64,000 bases of DNA from an uncultured Gemmatimonadales bacterium (GCA_963828735.1 CAWHFW010000005.1:1664001-1728000); one strand, 5' to 3'. Positions 1 to 9,313 are shown, counted from the first letter of the stretch. Program-made: numbers and translations. The notes: generated by a model not told the origin, from the letters alone.

Positions 1-351
1 GACCGCCGCCGCAATGGCATCCGCGCTGGCGGTTCGGGGAAGCACCGCCTGGGCGCCGGCGCGCACGGCCCGGACCGCCCAGCCGCGGGGAAGCGAGTCG
101 CCGAGCAACACGAGCGCCGGTGCGCGCGCGGCCGCGTCGGGCGCGAGGGCGAGGCGCGGCGGTTCGGCGCCCGCGTCGAGAAGGGCGAGCACCACCTGGA
201 CGCCCTGCGCGGAGCCATCCTCAATGCGCCGGCGCGCGTCGGCCGGCGTCGCACTGCCCCCGCCGACGGCGACGTGTCCTCGGACGGTGAGGAGCGCCTC
301 GAGGCCCGCGCGCTCCAGTTCGGACCGGGCCACGACGAGCACGCGAATCAC
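1..351 (-). CDS. NarL/LuxR-family response regulator, N-terminal part (runs off window edge)
   Basis: GTG at 351 overlaps the TGA of the upstream protease. Translation MIRVLVVARSELERAGLEALL...AVRAGAQAVLPRTASADAIAAAV resembles a degenerate receiver domain. Not in the ORF track because it is truncated. Confidence 0.75.
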   Translation of the reverse strand, partial: MIRVLVVARSELERAGLEALLTVRGHVAVGGGSATPADARRRIEDGSAQGVQVVLALLDAGAEPPRLALAPDAAARAPALVLLGDSLPRGWAVRAVRAGAQAVLPRTASADAIAAAV

Positions 352-959
352 GCCGCCCGCGCCCCGCGCCCGCGCTCGATCTCGCGCACGAATCGTTCGA
401 CCACGTGCGTCGGCACGGCGATCCCCAGTCCTCCCACGATCATCGCGTTGATGCCGACGACTCGCCCGGCGGCATCGGCCAGTGGCCCGCCCGAGTTGCC
501 CGGCGCGAGCCGGATGTCCGCCTGCAACCATCCACCCGGGCCTCGCTCGCCGGTCGGCGCACGATGCACGATGCCGAGCGCGGCGGCGTAGGCGACGCCC
601 AGCGGATGTCCCACGGCGACGACCAGCTCGCCGGCGCGGAGCCCGCGCGCGTCCGCCCGGAGCGCCGCGACCCGGTCGTCGCCGGCAATGGCCAGCGCGG
701 CGAGGTCCCGGCGCGGGTCGCGCGCGACGACTCGCGCGCGGTGGGCCCTCCCGTCCGGCAGCACGATGTCGGCTCCGGTCGCCGTCGCGACGTGCGCGTT
801 GGTGACGATGAGCCCGCTCCGGAGCCAGACGACGCCGGCGCCGGCGCTCCGCCCGCCGGCGTGCACGTGCACCGTGATTTGCCGGAGTCGGCTGGCGACG
901 TCGCCCAGGGCCTCCTCGACCGCCGGCACATTGCCGAGCAGCGACTCAGCGGCGCTCAC
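348..959 (-). CDS. Trypsin-like (S1C) serine protease without PDZ
   Basis: Catalytic triad motifs IVTNAHV, RDLAAL and PGNSGGPL. Confidence 0.9.
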   Translation of the reverse strand: MSAAESLLGNVPAVEEALGDVASRLRQITVHVHAGGRSAGAGVVWLRSGLIVTNAHVATATGADIVLPDGRAHRARVVARDPRRDLAALAIAGDDRVAALRADARGLRAGELVVAVGHPLGVAYAAALGIVHRAPTGERGPGGWLQADIRLAPGNSGGPLADAAGRVVGINAMIVGGLGIAVPTHVVERFVREIERGRGARAA

Positions 960-1881
960 GAGGACGCTCCCCGACCGTCACCGTCAGCCGTTCCGCCCGC
1001 CCACCCCGCGCCACGCTGAGCCCGATCGCGGCGCCGATCCGGTCGCCGCCGAGCGCGGCGAGCACGTCGCCCGGGTCGCTCACGGGTCGGTCGTCGACTG
1101 CGAGCAGGATGTCCCCGATAAGCACGCCGCCACGATCGGCGGGGCTGTCCGGCTCGACGTTCACCACGACGAGCCCCGCGTCCGAGTCGATCTCCAGGCT
1201 GCGCTGCAGAGGCGCCGGCAGACGGACCGGCTGCGTCGCGATCCCCAGCCAGCCGCGCGCGATGTGCCCCTTGGCCAGCAGCTGGCCCACCACACGGGAG
1301 ACGGTGCCGGCCGGGACGGTGAGCGCGCTGGCGCGCGCCAGGCCGGAGGTGTTGATGCCGACCACGCGTCCGGCCGCGTCGATCAGCGGGCCCCCCGAGA
1401 AGCCATCGTAGACCGCGACGTCCAGCCGAACGAAGCGATCGATCGCACCGCCCTGCCAGGTGCGCCACTCCCCGCCGACCGCGCTCACGATGCCGAGACT
1501 GGCGGTGACCGCCGGCCCCGGGCGCCCCAGCGCAAGCGCGAGCTGACCGACCCGGGGCGGCTCCGTCGCAACCGAGGCGGGCGGCGCCGCCGAGCCGGTA
1601 ACGCCGTCGGCCAGGCGAAGCACGGCCAGGTCGGTGGACGGGTCGCGCCCGGCGAGCGTGGCTCGCGAGGAGCTGCCGTCGTGCAGGGTGACGGTGATGT
1701 CGTCGTCGCGCTGGATCGTGTGGTGCGCGGCGACGACCACGCCGGGTTGCCAGACCACGCCCGACGCGGGGATGCGCCGGCGCGCGTGAATCGCGACGAC
1801 CGAGCGACCGACGGTCTCCACGGCGGCGGCGAGGTCGTTCGAGAGGGCGGTCAGCGGACCACCCGGAGTGGATGCGGGCAT
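946..1881 (-). CDS. S1C serine protease with C-terminal PDZ domain
   Basis: AAHH, TDLAVL and GFSGGPL motifs, plus PDZ (GWLGI...VEPDSPADRGG). Start placed at ATG 1881 after a GGAG RBS. Confidence 0.9.
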   Translation of the reverse strand: MPASTPGGPLTALSNDLAAAVETVGRSVVAIHARRRIPASGVVWQPGVVVAAHHTIQRDDDITVTLHDGSSSRATLAGRDPSTDLAVLRLADGVTGSAAPPASVATEPPRVGQLALALGRPGPAVTASLGIVSAVGGEWRTWQGGAIDRFVRLDVAVYDGFSGGPLIDAAGRVVGINTSGLARASALTVPAGTVSRVVGQLLAKGHIARGWLGIATQPVRLPAPLQRSLEIDSDAGLVVVNVEPDSPADRGGVLIGDILLAVDDRPVSDPGDVLAALGGDRIGAAIGLSVARGGRAERLTVTVGERPRERR

Positions 1882-2156
1882 GAAGGCTCCTGAGTGAGTA
1901 ACCGGAGAGCAGAATGGCGGGTTTCCTGCGGCCGCGGGATCGGACGTTTGGGCGAGGGCAGGGTCGGATGTTGGGCGGAGGGCGCTCGGCAAACCATTTT
2001 CGCGTGGCGGGCATCTACTACGGTATCGGCGCGAACGAGGCCGCCACCCTCATCGCGTTGATACAATCGTGAACGTGTGAAACGATCGAAACGGACGACG
2101 CCCGCGTCCGTAGTTCGTACGAGATTGCCACCGCCTGGACGGAGTCGTTGCACGTC

Positions 2157-3377
2157 GTGAACCGTCGCCATTTCGTGACCGCCGTCGCGGGCGGAGTGCT
2201 CGCGACACTTCCCGCTCCACCGGTGTGGCCGGCTCAGGTGGCCCTGGCGAGACGCTCGGGGCCCCTCGTCGGGCCGCGATGGCGCCCAACGGCCGAGCTG
2301 CTCCGGACCCTGCCGCGCCTGCTCGAGCTCGCCGCGGTTCCGGGCCTGTCGTTCGCGACCGTGGACGAGGGCCGGACGTTTCAGAAGAACGCCGGTCGCG
2401 CCAGCCTGCAGCCTCGGCATGGCGTGTCGGACGAGACGGTGTTCGAGGCCGCGTCCCTCGGGAAGCCGTTGTTCGCCTACGCCGTGCTGCGGTTGGTCGA
2501 CGCGGGCCGCTTCGACCTGGATCGCCCGCTATACGACTATCTCCCCGCGCCTGAGGCGGACACACCACGGATGCGGCGCGTCACCGCGCGGCACGTTCTG
2601 AGCCACACGAGCGGCCTCCCCAACTGGCGGCACGCGTCGGGGCCGCTGACGCCGGCCACCGAGCCCGGCGAGACCTTCGAGTATTCCGGCGAGGGCTATT
2701 TCTTCCTCCAGCGAGTAATCGAGCGCGTCATGGACCGGCCGGTCGCCCGGCTGCTTCGTGAGGACGTACTCGAGCCGCTCGGGATGCGCGACAGCAGCTG
2801 GGTCTGGCGCGATACGTACGACCGTCGCATGGCCGTGGGGTACGACGAGGCCGGCGAGCCGGCGGAGGTGTACGCGGCCATCGGCCGGCGGACCGCGCTG
2901 ATCGCGCGCGAGTGGGGCAAGCCGCTGGAGGAGTGGCGCTACGAGGACTCGGTCCGGACGGTGCCGCTCGTGAACCCGGCCTGGCCGATACTACCGATCT
3001 ACATGGTCCCCAACGTGGCCGCGTCACTGCTCACGACCGCGCGCGACTACGCGCGCTTCCTAGCGCACGTGGTGGCCGCCCCCGGACCGAGCGGGCTGGC
3101 GCTCGGCGCCAACCTCCGCGAGGCCATGACCGCGCCGCAGGTCCGGCTCAACAGCGCGCTCGCCTGGGGCCTGGGTTGGGGTCTCCAGGACGACGAGTAC
3201 GGCCAAACCCTCTGGCACTGGGGCGCCAACAACGGCTTCCGCAATTTCTGCCTGGCCGACGCCGACAACCGCCGCGCCCTCGTCGTGCTCACCAACAGCG
3301 GCAACGGACCCAGGGTCTACGAGCGCGTAATCGTCTCGCTCACCGGCCACGACCACCCCGCGTTCCTTCGCGCGTGA
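2157..3377 (+). CDS. Serine hydrolase (beta-lactamase/AmpC family), Tat-exported
   Basis: NRRHF twin-arginine signal, SxxK (ASLGK), LSHTSG, YSGEGY and WHWG. Start is 2148 or 2157. Confidence 0.85.
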   Translation: MNRRHFVTAVAGGVLATLPAPPVWPAQVALARRSGPLVGPRWRPTAELLRTLPRLLELAAVPGLSFATVDEGRTFQKNAGRASLQPRHGVSDETVFEAASLGKPLFAYAVLRLVDAGRFDLDRPLYDYLPAPEADTPRMRRVTARHVLSHTSGLPNWRHASGPLTPATEPGETFEYSGEGYFFLQRVIERVMDRPVARLLREDVLEPLGMRDSSWVWRDTYDRRMAVGYDEAGEPAEVYAAIGRRTALIAREWGKPLEEWRYEDSVRTVPLVNPAWPILPIYMVPNVAASLLTTARDYARFLAHVVAAPGPSGLALGANLREAMTAPQVRLNSALAWGLGWGLQDDEYGQTLWHWGANNGFRNFCLADADNRRALVVLTNSGNGPRVYERVIVSLTGHDHPAFLRA

Positions 3378-3424
3378 ACCGTCGCGGTGCAAGACCGGGG
3401 CGGCCAGCCGTCCTAGTTTCTGTC

Positions 3425-3952
3425 ATGCGCGACCAACACCGTCCCAAACAGGATCTCATCAGCGAGGTGATCGCCCTGCGCAAGCAGTTGGCCGATCTCC
3501 GCGAGGCGATGACCGCCCGGCGCCGGGTGGAGGATGCCCTGCGTCTCTCCGAGGGACAGCTCCGCACGCTCATGGACGCGGCCCCGGTGGGACTCTGCCT
3601 GTTCCGGCCGAACGGAACGCCCCTCGTGGCCAACCGACCATTCGCCCGGCTCCTGGGCTACGACTCGACCGCCGAGCTGCTCCGGGTCGCCGATACGCTC
3701 GGCGTCTTCGGGAGCCGGGAAGAGCAGGGGCGGGTGTTGGCGCTGGTGGAGCGCGGCCTCGAGCGGGTGGCGGGCGTCGTCTTCCGGCGGAAGGACGGCG
3801 CTCGGCAGGCATTCGGCGTGATCGGCTCGGTTTCGAGCGACCCGCACGCCATCGTCCTCGTGATCCTCGAGCGCCAGCCGCAGCCGTGGCGCTCCGCGCC
3901 GCTCGCGGCGCTCAGCCCGGCGTGGTCGGCGCCGGGGTCGCGGACGGGGTGA
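3425..3952 (+). CDS. Stand-alone PAS-domain protein
   Basis: Coiled coil (RRRVEDALRLSEGQLRTLMDAAPVG) followed by PAS (ANRPFARLLGY...FRRKDG), with no output domain. Confidence 0.75.
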   Translation: MRDQHRPKQDLISEVIALRKQLADLREAMTARRRVEDALRLSEGQLRTLMDAAPVGLCLFRPNGTPLVANRPFARLLGYDSTAELLRVADTLGVFGSREEQGRVLALVERGLERVAGVVFRRKDGARQAFGVIGSVSSDPHAIVLVILERQPQPWRSAPLAALSPAWSAPGSRTG

Positions 3953-4034
3953 AGTCGGACGATCCGCCATCGGAAAGAGCGAGGCGCGGGGCAGGGGCGG
4001 CGTGGCGAGGTTGGGGTAACCAGGGGTCACACTG

Positions 4035-4073
4035 AGTGAAGCGAAGGGGGCATGTGCCGACGCATGCCCCTTC
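4035..4073. repeat. Palindromic GAAGGGGGCAT-family element (REP/terminator-like)
   Basis: Hairpin GAAGGGG(G)CATGTG-CCGA-CGCATGCCCCTTC. The 17-mer AGTGAAGCGAAGGGGGC recurs inverted at 6686-6702. Confidence 0.7.
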
Positions 4074-4173
4074 CTCGTCTCGTACGGGCGGTGTCCTGCG
4101 CATCCAGTCGTTGGCGGGTGTCCCGCCTCCCGACCATTATACTTGGTCCATTCCCCCGACTCAGGAGACCGCC

Positions 4174-4941
4174 ATGCGATCCGTCGCTGAAACGGTGGTG
4201 CGCGGCGCCTCGACGATCGCGGTCGTCGCCCTGACGGCGTGCGGGGGGAATCACGGCGAATCCACCCCCCCAGCCTCACCCGCGGCATCCCGGAGTACGA
4301 CGAACGAGGCGCCCATCGATACCGTTGGGCTCCCCCGCATTCGCTTCGCCCGCGGCACGACGTCCGGCACCATCGACGAGAAGCTCGGCGCCGGCCCCCA
4401 CAGCTACGTCCTGTCCGCGCAGGCCGGTCAGATCATGCTCGCGCACGCGATCGCCTGGCCAGTCGAAAATCCGCCGCCCGAGCCCCTGGTGCAGGTGTTC
4501 GAAGCCACCAACGGGCGCGAGCTCACCTCGCCGCGGGGGGAGCCGGAGGTCTGGTCCGGCCGCCTTCCCATCACGGGAGACTACGTCGTTCGCGTGACGA
4601 GAACGGCCCCGATCTACTACACACTGGCGGTCCAGATCCCCAGGCGGGTGGAGCTGAGCCCGGCCGAGCCAACGGCCGTCTTCACGGGCACGGCTCCCTC
4701 GCGTGCACCGATCGATTTCCTCGTACGCGTCGACGCCAGCCGCACCCTTGAGGTGAACCTCGGCGGGGCCCCCACGGTCGGGCTCCACATCTACGGGCTG
4801 GACGACGGCGCCCAACTCTCACGGCTGTCTGACCGCCAACGCCTCTATTCGGGCCGCGTGGAACGGACGCAGGACTACGTGGTGAGCATGGTGCCGTGGG
4901 GGGAGCGGGCCGCGTACGACCTGCGGGTTACGGTGCGATAG
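4174..4941 (+). CDS. Lipoprotein with two pre-peptidase C-terminal (PPC)-like beta domains
   Basis: AGGAG RBS, lipobox LTAC, and IRFARGTTS...YVLSAQAGQ...WSGRLPITGDYVVRV repeated in degenerate form. Confidence 0.65.
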   Translation: MRSVAETVVRGASTIAVVALTACGGNHGESTPPASPAASRSTTNEAPIDTVGLPRIRFARGTTSGTIDEKLGAGPHSYVLSAQAGQIMLAHAIAWPVENPPPEPLVQVFEATNGRELTSPRGEPEVWSGRLPITGDYVVRVTRTAPIYYTLAVQIPRRVELSPAEPTAVFTGTAPSRAPIDFLVRVDASRTLEVNLGGAPTVGLHIYGLDDGAQLSRLSDRQRLYSGRVERTQDYVVSMVPWGERAAYDLRVTVR

Positions 4942-4987
4942 GGCGGGCGGCAGGCGCGATGCACACCCGCCGCCCGTCCGGCCTGGC

Positions 4988-6010
4988 TCACCCTCCACCC
5001 GCTCCTCCCACTACCGGCAGGACTTCCCCGCTGATGTAGCTCGAGCACGTCGGGGCCGCGAGGAACACGTACGCCGGCGCGATCTCTTCCGGCTGGGCAG
5101 GGCGCTTCATGGGCACATCGGCGCCGAACCGCGAGACCTTCTCCGCGTCCTGGTCGGCCGGGTTGAGCGGCGTCCAGACCGGGCCAGGCGCGACGCAGTT
5201 CACTCGAATGCCGCGGTCCAGCAGGTTCTGCGAGAGCGATTTCGTGAACGCGTGGATCGCGCCCTTGGTCGAGGCGTAGTCCAGGAGCTCCTTGCTTCCC
5301 TCGATCCCGGTCACCGAGCCGGTATTGATGATGGACGAGCCCTCGCCGAGGTGCGGCGCCGCGGCGCGCGCCATGTAGAAGTAGCCGAAGATGTTGGTGC
5401 GGAACGTGTGCTCGAACTGCTCGTCGGTGATGTCCTCGAGCGACGGAACGTGCTCCTGGAAGGCGGCGTTGTTGACCAGGATGTCGAGGCCGCCGAGCTC
5501 CTGGACCGTGGTCTCCACGGCGTCCTGGCAGAACGCCGAGTCGGTGACGTCGCCGGGGATGAGCAGGGCCCGGCGCCCCTCGTCCTCGACCGCCCGGCGG
5601 GTTTCCTCGGCGTCCTGGTCCTCGCTCAGGTAGACGATCGCCACGTCTGCTCCCTCCCGCGCGAACAGCACCGCCACCGCTCGCCCTATTCCCGAGTCGC
5701 CGCCGGTGACGAGGGCGACCTTCCCCTCGAGCTTGCCGGAGCCACGATAGTCGGGGGCCTCGTACTCCGGGCGGGGATGGAGGTCGGCCTCGATGCCTGG
5801 CTTGGCCTGGTGCTGCTTCGGGAGGGGTGGCTCGGGATAGCGCCGCGCCCCCAATTGTGCCGCCCCCGCTCCCTTCGATTGACCCTGCTTCCCGCGGCGC
5901 CCTTCCACGCCGCGCTGGAGCCGACGATCGGACTCGGCCTTCTTCTTGGCGGCCGTGGCGGCCGCCTTCTTGGTTCCGGACCAGCGCCCGGCGCTCTTCT
6001 TGACTGCCAC
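4988..6010 (-). CDS. SDR oxidoreductase (general stress protein YdaD/YhxC-like)
   Basis: TGGDSGIGRA, NNAA and YASTK motifs, with a GAGGA RBS. Confidence 0.93.
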   Translation of the reverse strand: MAVKKSAGRWSGTKKAAATAAKKKAESDRRLQRGVEGRRGKQGQSKGAGAAQLGARRYPEPPLPKQHQAKPGIEADLHPRPEYEAPDYRGSGKLEGKVALVTGGDSGIGRAVAVLFAREGADVAIVYLSEDQDAEETRRAVEDEGRRALLIPGDVTDSAFCQDAVETTVQELGGLDILVNNAAFQEHVPSLEDITDEQFEHTFRTNIFGYFYMARAAAPHLGEGSSIINTGSVTGIEGSKELLDYASTKGAIHAFTKSLSQNLLDRGIRVNCVAPGPVWTPLNPADQDAEKVSRFGADVPMKRPAQPEEIAPAYVFLAAPTCSSYISGEVLPVVGGAGGG

Positions 6011-6172
6011 TGTTCCTCCTCGGTGATCGCTGCCTGCGTTCGACGGACGATGGCAGTCCCGACAGGCCGGCGGCGGTGACCGCCCTCACCGGCGTGGCCA
6101 CTGGCGCGGGCGAAACGGCGGCCCCTGTCCGCGCGTAGTGCCCGCAATCCCACCATCGCCGAGGTCCGACCC

Positions 6173-6619
6173 ATGTCTCCACGCTACGTTCTCACACTCG
6201 CCCTCCTTGCCGCCGTGCCCGCCGCCCGCGCGCAGACCGCGGCCGACTCCACTGGCATCCGCGCCGCGGCGCTCGATTATGCGGAAGGTTGGTACAGCGG
6301 CGACGGCGACCGTATGGCGCGCGCGGTCCATCCCGAGCTGGTCAAGCGCATCCTGGTGACCGATACCGCGACCGACCGCGCCTTCGTTCAGACCATGGGC
6401 GCGTCTGCTCTGGTCAACGGCGCGCGCCACGGCTACGGCAAGACCACCCCGGCCGATCGCCAGCAGAAGGACGTGCGTATCCTGGATGTGTTCGGCAACG
6501 CGGCCGTTGCCAGGGTGATCATGGCGGACTGGATCGACTACCTGCAGCTCGTGCGCGCCGATGGACGCTGGCAGATCGTCAACGTGCTCTGGGAGCGAAA
6601 GCCCGACCGGAAGGCATAG
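6173..6619 (+). CDS. Secreted NTF2-like (putative lumazine-binding) protein
   Basis: Signal peptide, ALDYAEGWYSGD...HPEL and DYLQL...WQIVNVLW. Confidence 0.8.
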   Translation: MSPRYVLTLALLAAVPAARAQTAADSTGIRAAALDYAEGWYSGDGDRMARAVHPELVKRILVTDTATDRAFVQTMGASALVNGARHGYGKTTPADRQQKDVRILDVFGNAAVARVIMADWIDYLQLVRADGRWQIVNVLWERKPDRKA

Positions 6620-6660
6620 CGGACGGGCCGACCCTTCGCGGGCCACGGCATCCCAACGAA

Positions 6661-6702
6661 GTGAAGGGGACGTGCCCACACGCACGCCCCCTTCGCTTCA
6701 CT
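6661..6702. terminator. Hairpin between convergent genes, same repeat family as 4035-4073
   Basis: GAAGGGGACGTG-CCCACACG-CACGCCCCCTTC stem. Confidence 0.65.
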
Positions 6703-6756
6703 GGGTCACTCAGTCCGGCAGGCTGCCGGCCCGAGCTCCCGCGGTGACTGTCGGAC

Positions 6757-8319
6757 CTACTGGCCGAGCTTGATTCGCTCCACGCGCCGAGTCTGCGCGC
6801 GAGCGTTGTACACCCGCAGGCTCACGATGCTGCCGGGCTTCTGCGCGGCGATGGCCTTCTTGAGGTCGGCCGGCGAATGAATCGGCGTGCCTTCGACCTC
6901 GAGAATGATGTCCGGTCCGCCATTGTCCGGGTCGGTCAGCTCGCCGTAGGACGGGCCGCCGGCCTTCACGTCCGTCACGATGGCGCCGCGCTGGTCCGGA
7001 CGCAGATGGAGTTGCTGGATGTCGTCACCATCCAACGGCGCCACGGTGATACCCAGCTTGCCGATGCTGGCCGCCGAGTCCTCGGCGTTGTCGCCGTCAC
7101 TCGCCGCGCTGTCATCCGCCGAAGCCACGGCGCGAGCGGCCGGCAGCTCCTGGAGCCGGACGTCGAGCGTCTTGTGCACGCCGCCCTTGCGCGCGACCTC
7201 CACCTTCACGACGTCACCCGGCTGCCGGAACGCGATCTGCTGCTGGAGCTGGCCCACGTATTCGACCGGCTTGCCGTCCACCGACACGATGATGTCGCCG
7301 GGCTCGAGCCCGGCCTTCCGCGCGGGCGAGGTCTCGCTGCCGAAATCCTCGACCACGACGCCGCGGATGTCCGGCAAGCCGACATAGGCCGCATCATTGG
7401 GCGAGACGTTCCGCACCGTCACACCGAGGGCGGCGCGCATGACGCGGCCGTGCGCGATGATCTGGTCCATCACGTGCCGCGCCAGGTTGATCGGAATGGC
7501 GAAGCCGTAGCCCGAATAGAACCCCGTCTGGCTGGCGATCGCCGAATTGACGCCGATCACCTCGCCCCGCACGCTCACGAGCGGGCCCCCCGAATTGCCG
7601 GGATTGATCGCGGCATCCGTCTGGATGAAGTCCTGGATGCTCCGGTCACTCGAGTTGGGGAGCGCGAGCGACCGGCCTTTCGCGCTGATGATGCCCGAGG
7701 TGACCGTGAAGGTCAGGTTCTCGCCGAGGGGGTTGCCGACCGCCAACACCCACTCGCCCACGCGCGAGTCGTCGCTGTCCCCGAGGGGCGCGGGCGTCAG
7801 GTTGTCCGCGTCGATCTTGAGCACGGCGAGGTCGGTGCCCGGATCCGTGCCGACGACCTTGGCGCTGAACTCACGCCGATCGAGCAGCCGCACCGTCACC
7901 TGGTCCGAGCCGTCGACGACGTGATTGTTGGTGAGGATGTAGCCGTCCTTCGAGACGATGAAACCCGAGCCAGCGCTCTCCTGAAAATCGGGGCCCTGCT
8001 GAGGCATGTGAGGGAAGAACTGCTCGAATCCGGGCGGCACTTGGAACTGCATCTGCGGGTGACGCTCCGTGCGTCCGGACTTGATGAACACGACGCTCGG
8101 CTTGACGTGCTCCGCGACCGATGCGAACGCTTCGCTCAAGTCCGACAGGGTGGCCGCGCCGGCCGGAGGCGCCGCCTTGCCGGTGGCCACCGCAGGCGCG
8201 CTCGGCTGCTGGGCGGCGGAGAAGTGAGGAAGCTGAAGAACCCCGGCCACCAGCAGGCCGGCGAGGAACGCGAGCGCCACGCTGCTGGATCGCAAGCGGT
8301 GCATCCATCCATGCGACAT
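6757..8319 (-). CDS. Do/DegQ-family (HtrA) serine endoprotease with two PDZ domains
   Basis: GSGFI, LTNNHV, TDLAVLK and IQTDAAINPGNSGGPL motifs, two PDZ domains, and AGGAG RBS before ATG 8319. Confidence 0.95.
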   Translation of the reverse strand: MSHGWMHRLRSSSVALAFLAGLLVAGVLQLPHFSAAQQPSAPAVATGKAAPPAGAATLSDLSEAFASVAEHVKPSVVFIKSGRTERHPQMQFQVPPGFEQFFPHMPQQGPDFQESAGSGFIVSKDGYILTNNHVVDGSDQVTVRLLDRREFSAKVVGTDPGTDLAVLKIDADNLTPAPLGDSDDSRVGEWVLAVGNPLGENLTFTVTSGIISAKGRSLALPNSSDRSIQDFIQTDAAINPGNSGGPLVSVRGEVIGVNSAIASQTGFYSGYGFAIPINLARHVMDQIIAHGRVMRAALGVTVRNVSPNDAAYVGLPDIRGVVVEDFGSETSPARKAGLEPGDIIVSVDGKPVEYVGQLQQQIAFRQPGDVVKVEVARKGGVHKTLDVRLQELPAARAVASADDSAASDGDNAEDSAASIGKLGITVAPLDGDDIQQLHLRPDQRGAIVTDVKAGGPSYGELTDPDNGGPDIILEVEGTPIHSPADLKKAIAAQKPGSIVSLRVYNARAQTRRVERIKLGQ

Positions 8320-8424
8320 GTCGTCCATCTCCTGGATCGTGAATGCCAGCGATGGGCCCGGCACCCGGCCGGGCCCCAACGGTCAGCAGATGCGTGAATG
8401 CGGCGAGTAGTTGCAGCGGCCGGC

Positions 8425-8532
8425 TCAATCACGCTCCAGCACGATCGTCGTGCGGCGGGACGGCCGGCGGCTGAGGACGTAGGCCGCGGCGACCACGGCG
8501 GCGAGGGCGATTCCGAAGACGTACCACATCAT
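8425..8532 (-). CDS. 35-aa single-pass membrane small protein
   Basis: GGAGG RBS, then MMWYVFGIALAAVVAAAYVLSRRPSRRTTIVLERD*. Below the ORF-track cutoff. Confidence 0.6.
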   Translation of the reverse strand: MMWYVFGIALAAVVAAAYVLSRRPSRRTTIVLERD

Positions 8533-8672
8533 TGGAGCCTCCGAGCGGGAGTGGGGTGAACCGACACGTGGGAGACACCGGCCTGCGACACCGCAAGGCC
8601 ACCTATCGGCTTCGGTGTTTCTTCGGTATCTTACGCAGGTCCACCTCCGATCACCCCTGCCGTGTCGTCCTC

Positions 8673-9227
8673 ATGCCGAAAAGCTCCTACGATTTCGACC
8701 CCGAGAGCTACGCGCCGGTGGCAGCGCGCGTCGAGCTCTTCTATGAGAAGTACCCTGCCGGCCGCATCCTCACCGAGCTGGTTCAGCACACCGACCAGCA
8801 GATCGTCTTCCGCGCCGCCGTCTACCGCACGGCGGACGACCGTGAGCCGGCCGCCACGGGCTGGGCCGCCGAGCGCGTGGGCGATGGCGAGATCAACGCC
8901 GTTGCCTGTCTCGAGAACACCGAGACCTCCGCCATTGGGCGAGCGCTCGCCAACCTCGGCTTCCTGGCCTCGCGGCTCCGGCCCAGCGCCGAGGAGGCGA
9001 CGAAGGCGGCCCGGGCCCGCACGCGCCTCGGCGCCGAGCCCGACCTGCGCCAGCTTCTCCGCACGGCCGAGCGGGCCGGACTCGACGCGGAGCGCGTCGA
9101 AGCCCTCCGGTCGCGAGTGGCCCGGGGCCTCACGCCCGCCGAGCTCGCCGAGGTGCAGCACGAGCTTCGTCGCTTCATCCAGCGGCGTATGGAGGATCAT
9201 GCCGCGCGCGCCGGCCGCGGGCCGTGA
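8673..9227 (+). CDS. Rad52/Rad22/Sak-like single-strand annealing protein (putative)
   Basis: YAPVAARVELF...ATGWAAE...ENTETSAIGRALANLG matches the Rad52-fold helix T-[DS]-[AG]-[LI]-x-R-A-L-x-x-[FL]-G. Confidence 0.6.
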   Translation: MPKSSYDFDPESYAPVAARVELFYEKYPAGRILTELVQHTDQQIVFRAAVYRTADDREPAATGWAAERVGDGEINAVACLENTETSAIGRALANLGFLASRLRPSAEEATKAARARTRLGAEPDLRQLLRTAERAGLDAERVEALRSRVARGLTPAELAEVQHELRRFIQRRMEDHAARAGRGP

Positions 9228-9313
9228 CGATGTCGCTGGGTGGTGTCACATAGGGAAGGACGTGAGTCACGGGGCTTCGACTCGCGACGCCTGACCCACG
9301 ACACTGCCGACCT

